From: Chrysemys picta bellii
Lineage: Eukaryota
Reading direction: 5' to 3'
Length of the DNA stretch: 64,000 bases
Assembly (NCBI RefSeq): GCF_011386835.1
Contig: NC_088794.1
Location: forward strand, 4,774,001 to 4,838,000
Made by a program: the position numbers and the translations under genes. The notes below the pieces were generated by a model. That model saw only the letters and a list, made by a program, of their open reading frames with translations. It searched no databases and was not told the origin of the DNA. Shown here in pieces: positions 12,705 to 25,107 of this stretch; position 1 is the first letter of the stretch, and every line of letters starts with the position of its first letter.

Positions 12705-13250
12705 AGGGATCTCCATAAGTAAAGGCAGGAGCTGGTACAGCTTGAACTAAAGAGCCACTTTGGCACATAGGAAGGTCGGATATGCACCTTGACTAGTGGG
12801 CTACAGTTCACTGTGAACGTATCAAGGGGCTGGAGCGCAAGGCAGGATGTCGCAGCACCAGTGGTAATGCTAGACTTTCCAAAGTTTCTGGGTTCCTCTT
12901 CCACGCCAATGGGGGTCCCAAACTAAACATGGTGTGGAATATAAGCGCCATCCTGGAATATAAGCAGCAGGGGCCATGTCACCAGGCATTTCCTCCGAAC
13001 TCCCATCATCCTGTGCAGCCAGGGTGTCTTCAAGAACGGATCCCGCGGTGAAATCCCATGGCCCCAGTTTTGTCACAGGCCCTGGCCCTGTGTCACAGTT
13101 GTCACAATATCATCTGGAGCAGAAATCCAAAGGTTAAATCCTGTATACCAAGGATTAACGCAAAAACTCTGAAGCCCACAAGGTAATTTTCCATTGATTT
13201 TGTTGGACACTGGTCTTAACTGAAGACAACTAATGACTGGTCACACACAA
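12705..13250 (+). repeat. Orphan duplicated block, copy 2 (paralog 3140-3700)
   Basis: See copy 1. Identical core at 12979-13030. Confidence 0.85.
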
Positions 13251-13719
13251 TGGATATTGGCCATTGAAGAATCATTCTAGACAGGACGTCTGTGATTAGC
13301 ACCAATTTAGGTCATATCTTTATGTCTCTCTAACAATAGAGACCTAACCAGGAGAACTATAAGAGTCATGACTTAGCCTAGATCATAGTCTCCCAACCAA
13401 CCTATGGACACAGATTTGGAGCTGTGCTAAAGCAATGCTTCAGCCATCTCTTTCTGGCCTCAGGGAAATATAAGGCCTGGGATCCTACTGGCAGAAATCA
13501 GTGTAGCTTCATTTAGGTAAACAGGGCCAGGTTATGTAAATCCACATATTTCTATCGAAGTCAATGGGTCAGACTCCCCTGGTGAGTAAACGGATGTGGA
13601 TTTTTTTTAGAAGCAACACTAATACAAATAATAATTAATAATAGGTTTATATGACCGTGATAACTAACTCCTGCTCAGCATTTGTCCCAATTAACTTGCA
13701 AAATGAGAGGTCTTTCGAT

Positions 13720-15200
13720 ACAAAACTAATTTCTTTTGCTTCCTGTTCTTATGCCTTGTAACTATATCACAGACCCTCAATGAAATCCTTTGACACTACT
13801 GAGACCGTGTTCCCTTGGATATCACTAAAAGATGGTTTTAAAGTGGCCCTGGTGTGATGCAATAGACGCAAATCTAATTCCAGTTTTCAGCTATAGGCCC
13901 ACAACATCAAAAGTTTGTTTCCCAGTAGGAGGCTGACGAAATAGAAAATTTAATTGCTTTCCAAACGATGCCAGTGTCGGAGTTCGATCCCCAGGTGCAT
14001 GGCTTTTTATGTAACTTACTTTACCTATTTCTGCTTCGGCTTATTCCTCCGGGAGATGAACGACTGCCAGAATAAGAGAGTGGATTGGTCCGAGAGATGG
14101 AGAGAAGCTGCCCAATTAGGTCAGGCTCTGCCAGCAAGGATAGAAATAGCCATTGCTCCATTCTGAGCTCAGAGGGACCTTGGTATTAAACTTTCACTGA
14201 AAGCTGATGGCTTCAAGTCCTCCCCAGATCCCTAAGTGAGTCATTAGTGACCTCCAGACTGCATAGAGGGACCCATAGAATACATTTTATTTCTGGGCAT
14301 GAGGGTGAGGTTTATACATCAGCAGACAGCACTGCGCTGACTGGCCAATGTCATAGTTTAAACAACTCTCTCTAAATCAGGTTTCCAATGCTGTTCACAC
14401 CGAAGGACTTTTTCTCCGTAGCAGGTGAAAGCAGCGGAGATTAAACCAGACCTCACTCAGGAAAGCATCGGCAACGCATCCCATGTAAGTGTCCTGTGTC
14501 TCTGTCTGTCTGTCTGCCTGTGAGACATCCATCAGCCTGCACTAAATGCAAGACTTAGTTGAAGCCTCATTACTCTTCTGCTAGGGCCATAGTCTAAGTT
14601 GTGTTTCTGGGAGATTGTCTGAGTTACTTCTTCTTTCTCTCACAGATAAATTAAAGCACAAAGGGCCAGATATTTAAAGGTACATTTAGATATTTGTCCC
14701 TAATCCCATTGATGTTAATGGGAGTCATTCACTTCAGGGACGTTAGACTGGGAGGGGACCCTAGTGCTGAATCGGTCTAATTAAATTTTCCCCTTTGATG
14801 AACGTGTTTTCCTTTCTCTTTTTGTTGTTTTGTTGGTTGCTCTCTGAATTTACCATGAGTTAGGGCTGGCGAAACACGGTGGCTTGTCAGAGCTGAAGAA
14901 GTGACTTCTGCAATGATCACCAGAACAGGTGCCCACCACCCACACACCCACAATGCCCCAACAATGAGTCTCAGGCATGACTATGAAAGACTGCCCCACC
15001 TTTCCACACACACAATATTTGTGACAGGGGACTTCAGTTGCCACGATTCATTCAGACCTTGTCCTCGGTTGACGGACCAAGCGGGACAGCTGGTGCCAAT
15101 CACAGTGGTGGTTTTTGCCACCTGTCCAGTAAGGAAGTGTACTGAGATCTCACCAACTCATTCCTCACATGCCTCTGAACAGCCAGCAGCTCGCAATGGT
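13720..15200 (+). repeat. Gene-less segmental duplication, copy 2
   Basis: Same ordered anchors as 10620-12150. Confidence 0.85.
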
Positions 15201-15479
15201 GTGAGACCTCCCTCGCTGAACTGACGTATCAATTGGTGAGCTAGAGGGGGAAAGAATCAGTAACCCACAATCAGTGCAACAGATTATGCAGCCCTTAGTC
15301 CCTTGGGTAGACCGTCAGCATATGAAAACTATCTGGACTACAGGTGCATGGACATCCCATATGGAGCCTCACTGTCCTAGATCTCTGCTGGTTTGAATAC
15401 AACCTATTTGTAGTCACTGAAAATCATTCCCCTCTGATGGCCAATTTGAAATGAACTGAGGGTTTGAGTCTGGTTCCTA

Positions 15480-15695
15480 GACCCCCACTGTAGAAATCCA
15501 TAGCAGGCACCTGAAATCCAGGGGGAATACACCCACAGTAAGAGGCAATCCCTGCCCCAAACCGTCTAAACAGACAAGAGAGACAAAGGGTGGGAGAGGA
15601 AACAGAGGTGAAGTGACTTGCCCAGAGTCACACAGCAGGTCTGTGGTAAAGTCAAGGACAGAAGTCAGATCTGCCAAGTTCCAGGTCATTGTCCC
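15480..15695 (-). mobile_element. MIR-like SINE
   Basis: GGAAACAGAGGTGAAGTGACTTGCCCAGAGTCACACAGC is the reverse MIR core. Confidence 0.7.
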
Positions 15696-15756
15696 AGCCC
15701 CTGGACACATCGCCTCAGGCTGTCTTCTCCTAGAGTCTGGTCTTCCCACTTCAAAG

Positions 15757-16417
15757 TGTGACAGACCCAGACCAGTGGGGTACAGGAGTCTGGTAGAGGG
15801 CAAATATACTGGTCACTGGATGAGTAGTTTTCTGTTCCCTGAGTGACCAGAGTAGGGGCTGTACTAGAGTAATCAAGAACCTGCTAGAACCAGTTAAGGC
15901 AGGCAGGCTAATTAGGACACTGGAGCCAATTAAGAAGCAGCTGCTAGAATCAATTAAGGCAGGCTAATCAGGGCACCTGGGTTTTAAAAAGGAGCTCACT
16001 TCAGTTTGTGGTGTGAGTGTGAGGAGCTGGGAGCAAGAGGCGCAAGGAGCTGAGAGGGTGTGCTGCTGGAGGACTGAGGAGCACAAGCGTTATCAGACAC
16101 CAGGAGGAAGGTCCCGTGGTGAGAATAAGGAAGGTGTTTGGAGGAGGCCATGGGGAAGTAGCCCAGAGAGTTGTAGCTGTCATGCAGCTGTTACAGGAGG
16201 CACTATAGACAGCTGCAGTCCACAGGGCCCTGGGCTGGAACCCGGAGTAAAGGGCGGGCCTGGGTTCCCCCCAAACCTCCCAATTGACCTGGACTGTGGG
16301 TTCTCCCAGAGGGGAAGGTCTCTGGGCTGTTCCCCAACCCACATGGTGAATCTCTGAGGCAAGAAAATCCACCAATAAGCGCAGGACCCACCAAGATAGA
16401 GGAGGAACTTTCTCACA
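15757..16417. mobile_element. Solo LTR (Gypsy-type), 661 bp
   Basis: Termini TGTGACAG...CTCACA with a 4-bp target-site duplication AAAG (15753-15756 / 16418-16421). Confidence 0.8.
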
Positions 16418-16708
16418 AAAGGTAAAATTACATGCACAAGTACACAAAGTATATCTCAAATATATAGCCACTACCAATGAAAGAAGACCACCTTCATGGT
16501 ATGGACTAGTAGCTATGTGTTACACAACAGTTAGTGTTACTGACACTTGTTTTTTTTTTTTAATTTCCTTTTTTTCCTCTTAAAGTTCAATCCAAAATTA
16601 ACAATTAAATATTCATGATACCTTGTGACAGGACTGACTCACCATGTCTCTGACACAGTGTGATGGAAGATCATGAGCTGAAATAGCATCTCTTTTGTTC
16701 CTCTAACC

Positions 16709-17017
16709 CAGGGGTGGGCAACCTCTGGCATGCGTGCCAAAGGTGGCACGTGAGCTGATTTTCAGTGGCACTCACATTGTCTGGGTCCTGGCCACTGGTC
16801 CGGGGGGCTCTGCATTTTAATTTAATTTTAAATGAAGCTTCTTAAACATTTTAAAAACCTTATTTACTTTACATACAACAATAGTTTAGTTCTATATTAT
16901 AGACTTATAGAAAGAGACCTTCTAAAAATGTTAAAACGTATTACTGGCATGTGAAACCTTAATTAGATGAATAAATGAAGACTTGGCACACCACTTCTGA
17001 AAGGTTGCCGGCCCCTG
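16709..17017. mobile_element. hAT-type MITE
   Basis: TIRs CAGGGGTGGGCAACCT / AGGTTGCCGGCCCCTG. 8-bp TSD CTCTAACC / ATCTAACC (7/8). Confidence 0.85.
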
Positions 17018-17250
17018 ATCTAACCTCTACAAATCAAGTTTAGGGCTCATGTAAGTTTCTGGCTTCCAATGGCGCTTTTCTTTCAAACAGCAGGTTTATT
17101 TAATATTCTGGAGGGCAGTGGGATTTAAAGAGTGAACAAAGTCAATTCTCTGACCCACAGCTGGGGCTCCCTATCAGTACAGCAGAGCTCTGTTGCATAT
17201 TCTTTGCTCATAAATTTTACGGCCAGAAGGAACTATTATGGACTAGTCTG

Positions 17251-17370
17251 TAGGGTGACCAGATGTCCCTATTTTATAGGGACAGTCCTGATATTTGGGG
17301 CATTTTCTTCTATTACCCCCCACCCCCACCCCCTGTCCCAATTTTTCACACTTGCTGTCTGGTCACCCTA
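17251..17370. mobile_element. Short hAT-type MITE (TAGGGTGACCA family)
   Basis: TIRs TAGGGTGACCAGA / TCTGGTCACCCTA. Same family at 22508 and 25520. Confidence 0.8.
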
Positions 17371-17744
17371 CAGATCTGGAACTCCTGTGTAATACAGGAC
17401 AGAGAACTTTCCCCGGAGAGTTCCTGCCATGGAGGGAGTTATTCTTCTGTGCCTTGAAAATGAATGCTGCTGAGACCTAATAACTAGCACATTATCCTTG
17501 AGATAGTCATACAAACTGGAGGCAAAGGCTCCAATTTTACTATATATCTTGTGAGCTGGAAAACAAAAGCCATTGGAAAGGGTGAATTTTCAGCTCCATC
17601 ACAGGGCTAAAGGGTACCCATTTGTAGCTGAATCTTAGAGCTGTCTTTAATTTTGGTTTAAATGTTACCAGCTCTGAAATTCAGAAAAGTATAATTAAGA
17701 GATAATGAGGAGAAGATAGAGGGATTTTCTCATTTGGCCTAGTA

Positions 17745-17955
17745 GGTAGTAGATTGGTAGTAGATTGGCCTGGGACTCAGGAGAGACCTATGATGTAATT
17801 CCCAGTTATGCTGGGTGATGTTGGTCAAGTCACTTCACCTCTCTGTACTTTAGTTTCTCCAAATGTAAAATGGTAGTGACAATACTTATCTCCTCTGTAA
17901 AATACTTTGAGATCTAGTGATGAAACATTCTATACAAGAAATAGGTATTAGTGTT
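17745..17955 (+). mobile_element. MIR SINE
   Basis: GGTCAAGTCACTTCACCTCTCTGTACTTTAGTTTCTCCAAATGTAAAATGG core. Confidence 0.75.
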
Positions 17956-18755
17956 ATTTTAGAGAACAGCAAGAAACATTTTGTAGCTGGTGATTCAAAA
18001 CAAACACACACATAACAAATGTTTATATGAAAAGTGCTCAGAGGTTTAGAACATTAGAATCAGCTGAATAGGGATGAATTAGTGGGCAGAGTGCAGGTGA
18101 AACTGAAATCTTAGCAAACACAATTCATCATGGAGTCTCATTGTTTATTATGTGATACTCTGGCAAAATTGATCCCTCTACAATATACCGAATGTGCTAT
18201 AAATATTGAGCGGGGTGAAATTTTTCAGCTGAAACTTTTCAAGATGAAATATGCAGATTCGGCAACATCAAAATGTTTCACAAATTCATGTTAGTATTGC
18301 CGTATAGTGTCGGTCAGAAAAAAACTCTCAAAATAATTCCACAACAATCAAGTTTTTTTCTTGAAATATTTCATTTCAAAACATCCTATACTTTTATTTA
18401 AAAAACAAACAAACATAAAAAATGCTTGAAATCAAACCAAACAGTTTGTTTCAGGTCAAACGAAATGTTTCTTCGACCTCTATTTTTTTTTTCTAATTTC
18501 ATCTTGTTGAAAATTTTGAAAAAAAAATATTTTTTGTTCAACCCAAAACAAATTGGTCCCCCCCATTTTTTTGGAATGGCAACACAACAAACATTTCTGT
18601 TATTCACACAACTATATAAATGTCTTTGCTTGTTTATTTATCTGTGCAAGTCTTGATGTTGTACAATGGACTTCATTATTCACCAGCCATGAGTGTGATT
18701 GTAACTTCCTCTCCCTCCCCTCCGAGCTTTTCTATAAAAGGCATGAACTGAAGAC

Positions 18756-18908
18756 ATGGATCAGGGGAACCACAGAGTGGTGATGGAATTTCTTCTCCTT
18801 GGACTTTCCCACTCTAGGCAGCTTGTATTTTTTGTCCTGTTCTTACTGTCCCACATGGTGATTGTTCTGGGCAATCTCCTAGTCATTGGGATGGGCCAGC
18901 TGGGATGA
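18756..18908 (+). pseudogene. OR N-terminal remnant (50 codons), not in the ORF track
   Basis: Manual translation: MDQGNHRVVMEFLLLGLSHSRQLVFFVLFLLSHMVIVLGNLLVIGMGQLG*. It has the N-glycosylation-region start, EFLLLG and the TM1 LGN motif; I see no OR homology downstream. Confidence 0.85.
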
Positions 18909-20354
18909 ATCATTGTAACTCTCTTGACTCAAATAGGGCAACGCTGATTTACATCAGCTGAGAATCTGGCCCATCAGTGCTACACAGCAGGAGAAATGTG
19001 GACACCGAAATGAGAGAAGGCTTTTGAAAATGTAGGCCCTGAAGTTTTACTCATGTGTGCCACCAAAGTGGATTTGATGGTAAACATTAGGAACAAAATC
19101 GGGTGGAAGAGAAAGAGATTCTGTGGGCTACACCAGCAGAGCTGTGTGTGTGGGGTAGCAGAGGGGCTGCTGGTTGGGACTGAGGGGCAACAGCAGAGCT
19201 GAGTGGGTGGGTCAGGGAACCCAGGACTGGCATAGCAGTGGGGCTGCAGGTCAGACTAAGGAGCATTAGCAAAGCAGACTGTGTGTGCAGGGAGCCCAGG
19301 TCTAGGGCCCGCCGGTTGGGATCAAAGGGTGCTAGCAGAGCTGTGTGTTGTAAAGCTCAGGATTGGGGTGGTAGGGGGCTGCAAGTCAGGATGGAGTGCC
19401 ACGGGCAGAGCTGTGTGGGCAGGGAGCCTTTCTCAGCAGCTAGAGGAACATGATGTCACATGTATTTCATTGCATTAATACAAAGGAAGGTGGGGAGGGG
19501 TGGGGGAGTGATGAACTATTAATCTACATGGCTCAATTCTATAATAAGTGGGAAGCCCAGGAAAATGACTTGAATATCATTGGGGACCATTCAAGAAAGA
19601 CCGTTGCTCAATATGCAGGATCAGTTAAAAAAACCCCCAAGAAAACAATAATGAAAATATTATAATTGTGATGTTGTCAATTTTTTGGATTTTCCATTGG
19701 GGAAACGGAAAATAAATATGTCATTTTAGGTTGGGTCGAACACAATCTAAATATTTGGGTTTGTTGACCAGCATTGAAGTATTTTGTCTCAGGTCAGTTC
19801 AATGTTCATCTGAGTTTGCCTCAGTTGCTATGGGGAGTCATAGGAGATGACCATAATGATCAGCACATTATAAGCTTTCAAATGATACCTCACAAGGCAT
19901 AATTTGTACAAAATTTATCATAATGATTTGAAAGGGGTGGACACAGGGGTACAGCATGTCACAGGGGCATTGTGCGAGATGTGGTCCAGTTGGGAGTCTG
20001 GCCCATAGAGGAGAATGGAGGCCTGAGGCAGATTAGGAGGACAGAGACTGATGTGAAACCAAGATGAAACAAAACATTTTGATTTGAGAATGTCAAAATA
20101 TTACATTCTATTTGAAAGTGTCAAAATGAACCATTTCCACATTTCCAAATCAATATTTTTTGGAGCTTTCCATTGAGTGAAAAAAAAATCATATTCTGCC
20201 TTTTATTCTGATTCAGAATAAAACCAAAGTCATTTGCATTTGTATCTATTGTTTAGTGGAAGTTCATTTCAATTACTGTGTCTCACGCCCACTGAGTTTC
20301 ACCATTTGCCTTCTGTCTCATCTCAGCAGCAGAGAGAATGGACACGCTGTTGAC

Positions 20355-21305
20355 ATGGATCAAGGAAACAGAAGCACCACAGTCCATGAGTTCATCCTTG
20401 TGGGATTCACGGACAATCCATGGCTGCAGGTTGTCCTCTTCATGGTGTTCCTAATTATCTATACTGTCACTCTGCTGGGCAATCTTGGGATGATCGTGTT
20501 AATCAAGATGGACCCCCAGCTTCACACCCCCATGTACTTCTTCCTCAGTCACTTGTCCTTCTGTGACCTCTGCTACTCTTCCGCCATTGCTCCCAAGATG
20601 TTGCTGAACTTCTTAAGAGAGAACAAAGCCATTTCCTTTGCTGGGTGTGCGGCACAGTCTTATGTGTTTGGTTCTTTCTTGGATGCGGAATGCTTCCTCC
20701 TGGCCGCGATGGCCTATGACCGTTGTGTGGCCATCTGCAAGCCATTGCTTTACAATATCACCATGTCCAGGATGCTGTGTGTCAGCCTGGTAGCTGGGGC
20801 ATACACAATAGGTTTGGTGGATTCGCTAGTTCATACCTATTTCACCTTTCAGTTGTCTTTCTGCAGCTCCAATGTCATCAATCATTTCTTCTGTGACATC
20901 CCCGCACTGCTGGCAATCTCCTGTTCTGAGACATGGCTCAACGAGCGCCTGCTCTTCATCACCGTCAGCTTGGTGGAGATGAGCACCACGCTCTCGATCC
21001 TGGTCTCCTACCTGTACATCCTCCTCACCATCATACAGACCCGCTCGGCCGAGGGGAAACAAAAGGCCTTCAGCACCTGCGCCTCCCACCTCCTGTGTAT
21101 CACCATCTTCCATGGGACTCTTCTCTTCATGTACACCAGGCCCAGTTCTAGCTACTCGCTGGACACTGACAAAATGGCCTCCGTGTTCTACACGGTGGTG
21201 ATCCCCATGCTGAACCCCCTCATCTACAGCCTGAGGAACAAGGACGTGAAGAACGCCCTGGGGAGAGTGATGTCGAGAAATTATTTTTCATCCTCTCTAC
21301 ATTAA
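20355..21305 (+). CDS. Olfactory receptor, class II, family-5/8-like, intact (316 aa from MDQGNRS)
   Basis: [24 protein letters not shown] (DRY to DRC), [26 protein letters not shown]. Start placed at ATG 20355, downstream of an acceptor at 20326-20332. Confidence 0.95.
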   Translation: MDQGNRSTTVHEFILVGFTDNPWLQVVLFMVFLIIYTVTLLGNLGMIVLIKMDPQLHTPMYFFLSHLSFCDLCYSSAIAPKMLLNFLRENKAISFAGCAAQSYVFGSFLDAECFLLAAMAYDRCVAICKPLLYNITMSRMLCVSLVAGAYTIGLVDSLVHTYFTFQLSFCSSNVINHFFCDIPALLAISCSETWLNERLLFITVSLVEMSTTLSILVSYLYILLTIIQTRSAEGKQKAFSTCASHLLCITIFHGTLLFMYTRPSSSYSLDTDKMASVFYTVVIPMLNPLIYSLRNKDVKNALGRVMSRNYFSSSLH

Positions 21306-21714
21306 CATGTCTCAGAATAACGGGCAGGGATGGGAGGCAGGCAAAATGGCGCAGCATCCCTGATGATAGCACCTTGGAAAAGATGGGATTGGGTAGGGTC
21401 ACTGTGCCCATATGTTTAAGGTTGCACAGTCAAACATGGAGGCATCCAAAACCAGAAGGCTCTTTTTAAAAGCTAGCCCTAGCAGCTCCAATTGAAATGA
21501 GGAGGGGGATGTTACCGAGGTAGAATATATTGGCCAGAGATGGAATTTGATCAATGTCCTGTAAATAACATTCCTGAATGCTAGTGTCACCCCTTGTACC
21601 ATGGGATCTTTATTAGCTGCAAGTGATGGGGAGACTGACTCAAGAAGCCTAGTGTCCCACAAAGCTCTGCTGGAGTGTTAGTAGCACCACGCTTGACAAG
21701 GATACTTCTGGAGT

Positions 21715-21970
21715 TAAAACATTAGTTCAGGATTCAGGTGAGCTGAATCCAGCTCCGAACTCTACCATAGGTTCCCTCCATGGGCTTGGTCAAATTACTC
21801 CGCCTCTTTGGACCTCAGTTCTTCATCTGTAAAGCAGAGGTGATAATGCTTCTTTGGTCTTGTCTATTTAAACAGCAAGCTCTTTGGGGCAGGACTTGTC
21901 TCCACCAGGTGTTGGTACAGCATTCAGCACCATGAGGCTGCCAGACATTGTTGGGATACATGATAATAGT
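21715..21970 (+). mobile_element. MIR-like (turtle-type) SINE
   Basis: GGACCTCAGTTCTTCATCTGTAAAGCAGAGG core and GCAAGCTCTTTGGGGCAGGAC...GTACAGCA tail. Confidence 0.7.
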
Positions 21971-22507
21971 GTATTTGATGGATACGAGCATTTGTGCTGT
22001 TATGCATATTTTCTTCTCGTCCTTTTCATATGATGGGGCCTAACTGTAAATATCATTGTTTTATCCCAAATAAAATATTTTAAAAATACCCTCTATAAAA
22101 ATCAGTTTTCCAGCCTTCTTAACATAATAGAGCAAATGGGGTTTCTTCCCCTTGGGGGACAAGGGAAGGTGAGTAATACAGGAAGAAGGAAATACAATAT
22201 ATTACACAGTACTAGTGCAGGCTGTGCTTAATTTGTAATGAACGAGATTCCAGGGCTTGAGCAATTAGGTTCTGGGGCTCAAGCAATTTTTTTTTTACAT
22301 TCGTAACGAATGCAGAAAGCCCAGAGGTGCCAGTCTATGAACTGCCGAGCCTAGAGGTGCCGCAGTGTTGAGGGTAGGAATTTACTATGTTAGGGATTCC
22401 AGCAGGAAGAATATTGAAGTTCAGGTTCAACTCATTGAGTAGCATTGTTTGCTGACTTTTTGTAGTTTATAGCATACTTGCACTATTTACAACACTTCCT
22501 GCATGCA

Positions 22508-22619
22508 TAGGGTTACCAGATAGCAACTCTGAAAAAACGGGACAGGGGATGGAGGGTAATAGGCGCCTATATCCAAAAATGGGACTGTCCCTTTTAAAAC
22601 AGGACATCTGGCCATCCTA
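22508..22619. mobile_element. Short hAT-type MITE
   Basis: Ends TAGGGTTACCAGA / TCTGGCCATCCTA. 8-bp TSD TGCATGCA / TGCATACA. Confidence 0.75.
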
Positions 22620-22723
22620 TGCATACAGGCTCATACCAGAACAACAGTACTTATGTAAGCAAGCAAGCAATGCCAACCCTAATATGATAATAGAGCAAGA
22701 ATTATGTTCAGTTTGACATTTTT

Positions 22724-22740
22724 CCCTCTAGGTGGCGATA
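22724..22740 (+). promoter_or_regulatory. CTCF-like motif
   Basis: CCCTCTAGGTGGCGATA versus consensus CCACYAGRKGGCRS. Confidence 0.4.
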
Positions 22741-23698
22741 GCACCTTCTAGACACTGTTAATACTTTGCCGTGTTGCTGTAGCCGTGTTATTAATAGTGG
22801 GATTACAGCCTATTTGAAATCATGCCATACACTGCCCAGCGTGGAGACCAAGGATGTAAAGAGTGACTAGTGCCTTAAATTTTTGGGGTGCTCAGCTTGA
22901 GACCCCATAAAAGGGCTGATTTTCAGAACACGCTTGAGCACACTCCCAGGCCCTTAGAGGGCATCTCATGTTCCATACCCCAAAAGGGAGACATCCAAAC
23001 ACTCTAATTTGAAAATCGTTGCCAGCGTGTTTAATTACACAGAATGCAGTGGAAAGCCTTGGACATCTCAGACTTGATTGGCGGCAGTGGTCCAGTCTGC
23101 ATTAGAGCGTGCGTTGTGACTGGCAGGTAGTAAATTTCCTAGAGCAGATAAGATCCCTGAGTCAAGCTTTCTCAGGCAGACCCCACTGTACAGCTGGATT
23201 CTGATATCCCTTATCCTGCTCTAGGTCAGGAGCAAGTCTGCTGAAGTCAAGGGAGTGACAAGGGATGAAATAAGAGGTTAGACCAACACCTGTCAAGATG
23301 GACCTCTCCCTCCACTCCCATGTTCTTCTTCCTATGTCACCATTGTGAGTGAGGTCACAATCAGCTAGACCTGGATGCGCTCTTTACCAGTGTGCTCTGT
23401 GGCAGGCTTCCACATACCAAGACCCCTAGTCCAGCCTAGGGTTGCAATTCTTTGGTAGCATTGATTCATCACTTACATCCACTGCTCGTAGACGGTTTTA
23501 TGACTGGCTGGTGATTTTCTACTTACTCCCCATTTACTGTTGTAGCTCACTGAGGTCCTGATGCTGCAAGTGCTTCATTTGAAGCTCATGCCTCATCCTC
23601 TTGATTTCCGTGAAGCTACTCATGTTAGCCCAGCTAAGCATGTGTGAAAGTGGTTTGCTGGCATGAGCCCTAAGAGCTTGTCTGGGAGGGGAGGTGGA

Positions 23699-23873
23699 TG
23701 TGACACGGACAGGGCCGTTGTTTAATGCTATTTTTTTCTTACATCTGCCAAATTAATAGGGCTCAGGCTTCGGCTGGGCACCTTGGTGGCCCCCAAGCCT
23801 GGGGCCAGTCTTTGGCTCAGTTCAGCCCCCCCCATTACAACCTAGGGCAGCCTCGAAGCAGCACTTAGTCACA
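23699..23873. mobile_element. Miniature LTR-like element (175 bp)
   Basis: TGTGAC...GTCACA termini with a perfect 5-bp TSD GTGGA (23694-23698 / 23874-23878). Confidence 0.75.
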
Positions 23874-23918
23874 GTGGATCAACAGCCCCCCAACAGCTGG
23901 GGAGCTCTAGTGGTGCTA

Positions 23919-23935
23919 TTGCCACCTAGTGGGGA
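23919..23935 (-). promoter_or_regulatory. CTCF-like motif
   Basis: Reverse complement TCCCCACTAGGTGGCAA. Confidence 0.45.
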
Positions 23936-24504
23936 AAAATGTAAAACTCAATAGAATTCTTGCTCTTTGCAACAATAATTAATATCATCCCATTAGGGTT
24001 GGTTGGTTTGTGTATTTAAATACTGTTGGGATGAGGCTGTAGTGTGCTGGGCAAGGCTCCACAGAGCACAAGGGCTCTCTGGCCACACCCCCTTTTCTCT
24101 GGCCACACCCCTAAACTGGCGACCGGTTAGAGCTGATGGTGCAGATATGGCTACCCCTACTCTACGTTACCTAGCAACTCACCCATGGCAGGGGACTCCT
24201 CAACTTGGTGACTGGGTTGGCTTTGCACCCCCTTTGTGCTACCAGCCTGGTGCATGGGGCCGGAAAGGGGGGAAAGATTTGGCTCATCCTGGAAAATCAT
24301 ATGAAGTGCAATGTAACACCTCCCAGTGGAAAGGAGGGTGTCTGTCTCTATAAGAGTACAAGAGACAGAGCTTTCCTCAATTCCACCCTCACCCCCTACC
24401 CCACATTCATAAATGGTTGAGGGACTTATTTCTCTTTTCACCATGAGACATTCATTCACTGTAACAGGACTTCTCTAAAGACGTGCCACACCATTGACAA
24501 ATTC

Positions 24505-24740
24505 AGACCGAAAATATGGGGCACATTTTTAACAGTGAAGATAATTAACTACTGGAACAATTTACCAAGGGCCGTGGTGGATTCTCCATCAATGACAATT
24601 TTTAAATCAAGATTGGAGGTTTTTCTTAAAAAAATCTGCTCTAGGAATGATTTGGGGGCAGTTCTCTGTCCTGCGTTGTACAGGTAGTCAGACTAGATGA
24701 TCACAAAGGTCCCATCTGGCCTGGATATCCATGAATCTAG
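24505..24740 (+). mobile_element. Old CR1 LINE 3' fragment
   Basis: TAACTACTGGAACAATTTACCAAGGGCCGTGGTGGATTCTCC...TTTAAATCAAGATTGGA...CTAGATGATCACAAAGGTCCC. Confidence 0.75.
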
Positions 24741-24793
24741 GTTTTGACAGAGCCTTGCCCTCCTGTGTGACATCACTAGAAGGGAGGGGATAA

Positions 24794-24887
24794 TCATAGA
24801 ATCATAGAATATTAAGGTTGGAAGAGACCTCAGGAGGTCATCTAGTCCAATCCCCTGCTCAAAGAAGGACCAACACCATCTAAATCA
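24794..24887 (-). mobile_element. Young CR1 LINE 3' tail
   Basis: TCATAGAATCATAGAAT is the reverse (ATTCTATG)n tail. The body is ~90% identical to 25425-25516. Confidence 0.9.
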
Positions 24888-25107
24888 ATAATTTACATTC
24901 TGTCTTCATTAGCTTGACCAGGGACAAGGGGCTGCTGCTAGGACATTCTCCATGAGAGTGATTGTGCAGTAAAGGCCCATCTGTATTACAGAAATAACCG
25001 AATGGTGGGATCTGTAGGAAGAGAATTCAAATTTGCAGTGCACTTGAGCTGCTGGTGTTATGACTGAGTCATGTCACAAGACTAAAGCTCTGGACACTAA
25101 AGCTCTT

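Noticed and set aside
20256-20354. 33-aa N-terminal extension of the OR in the ORF track
   Set aside because: It starts at GTG and spans a polypyrimidine tract and acceptor. Homology to ORs starts at ATG 20355.
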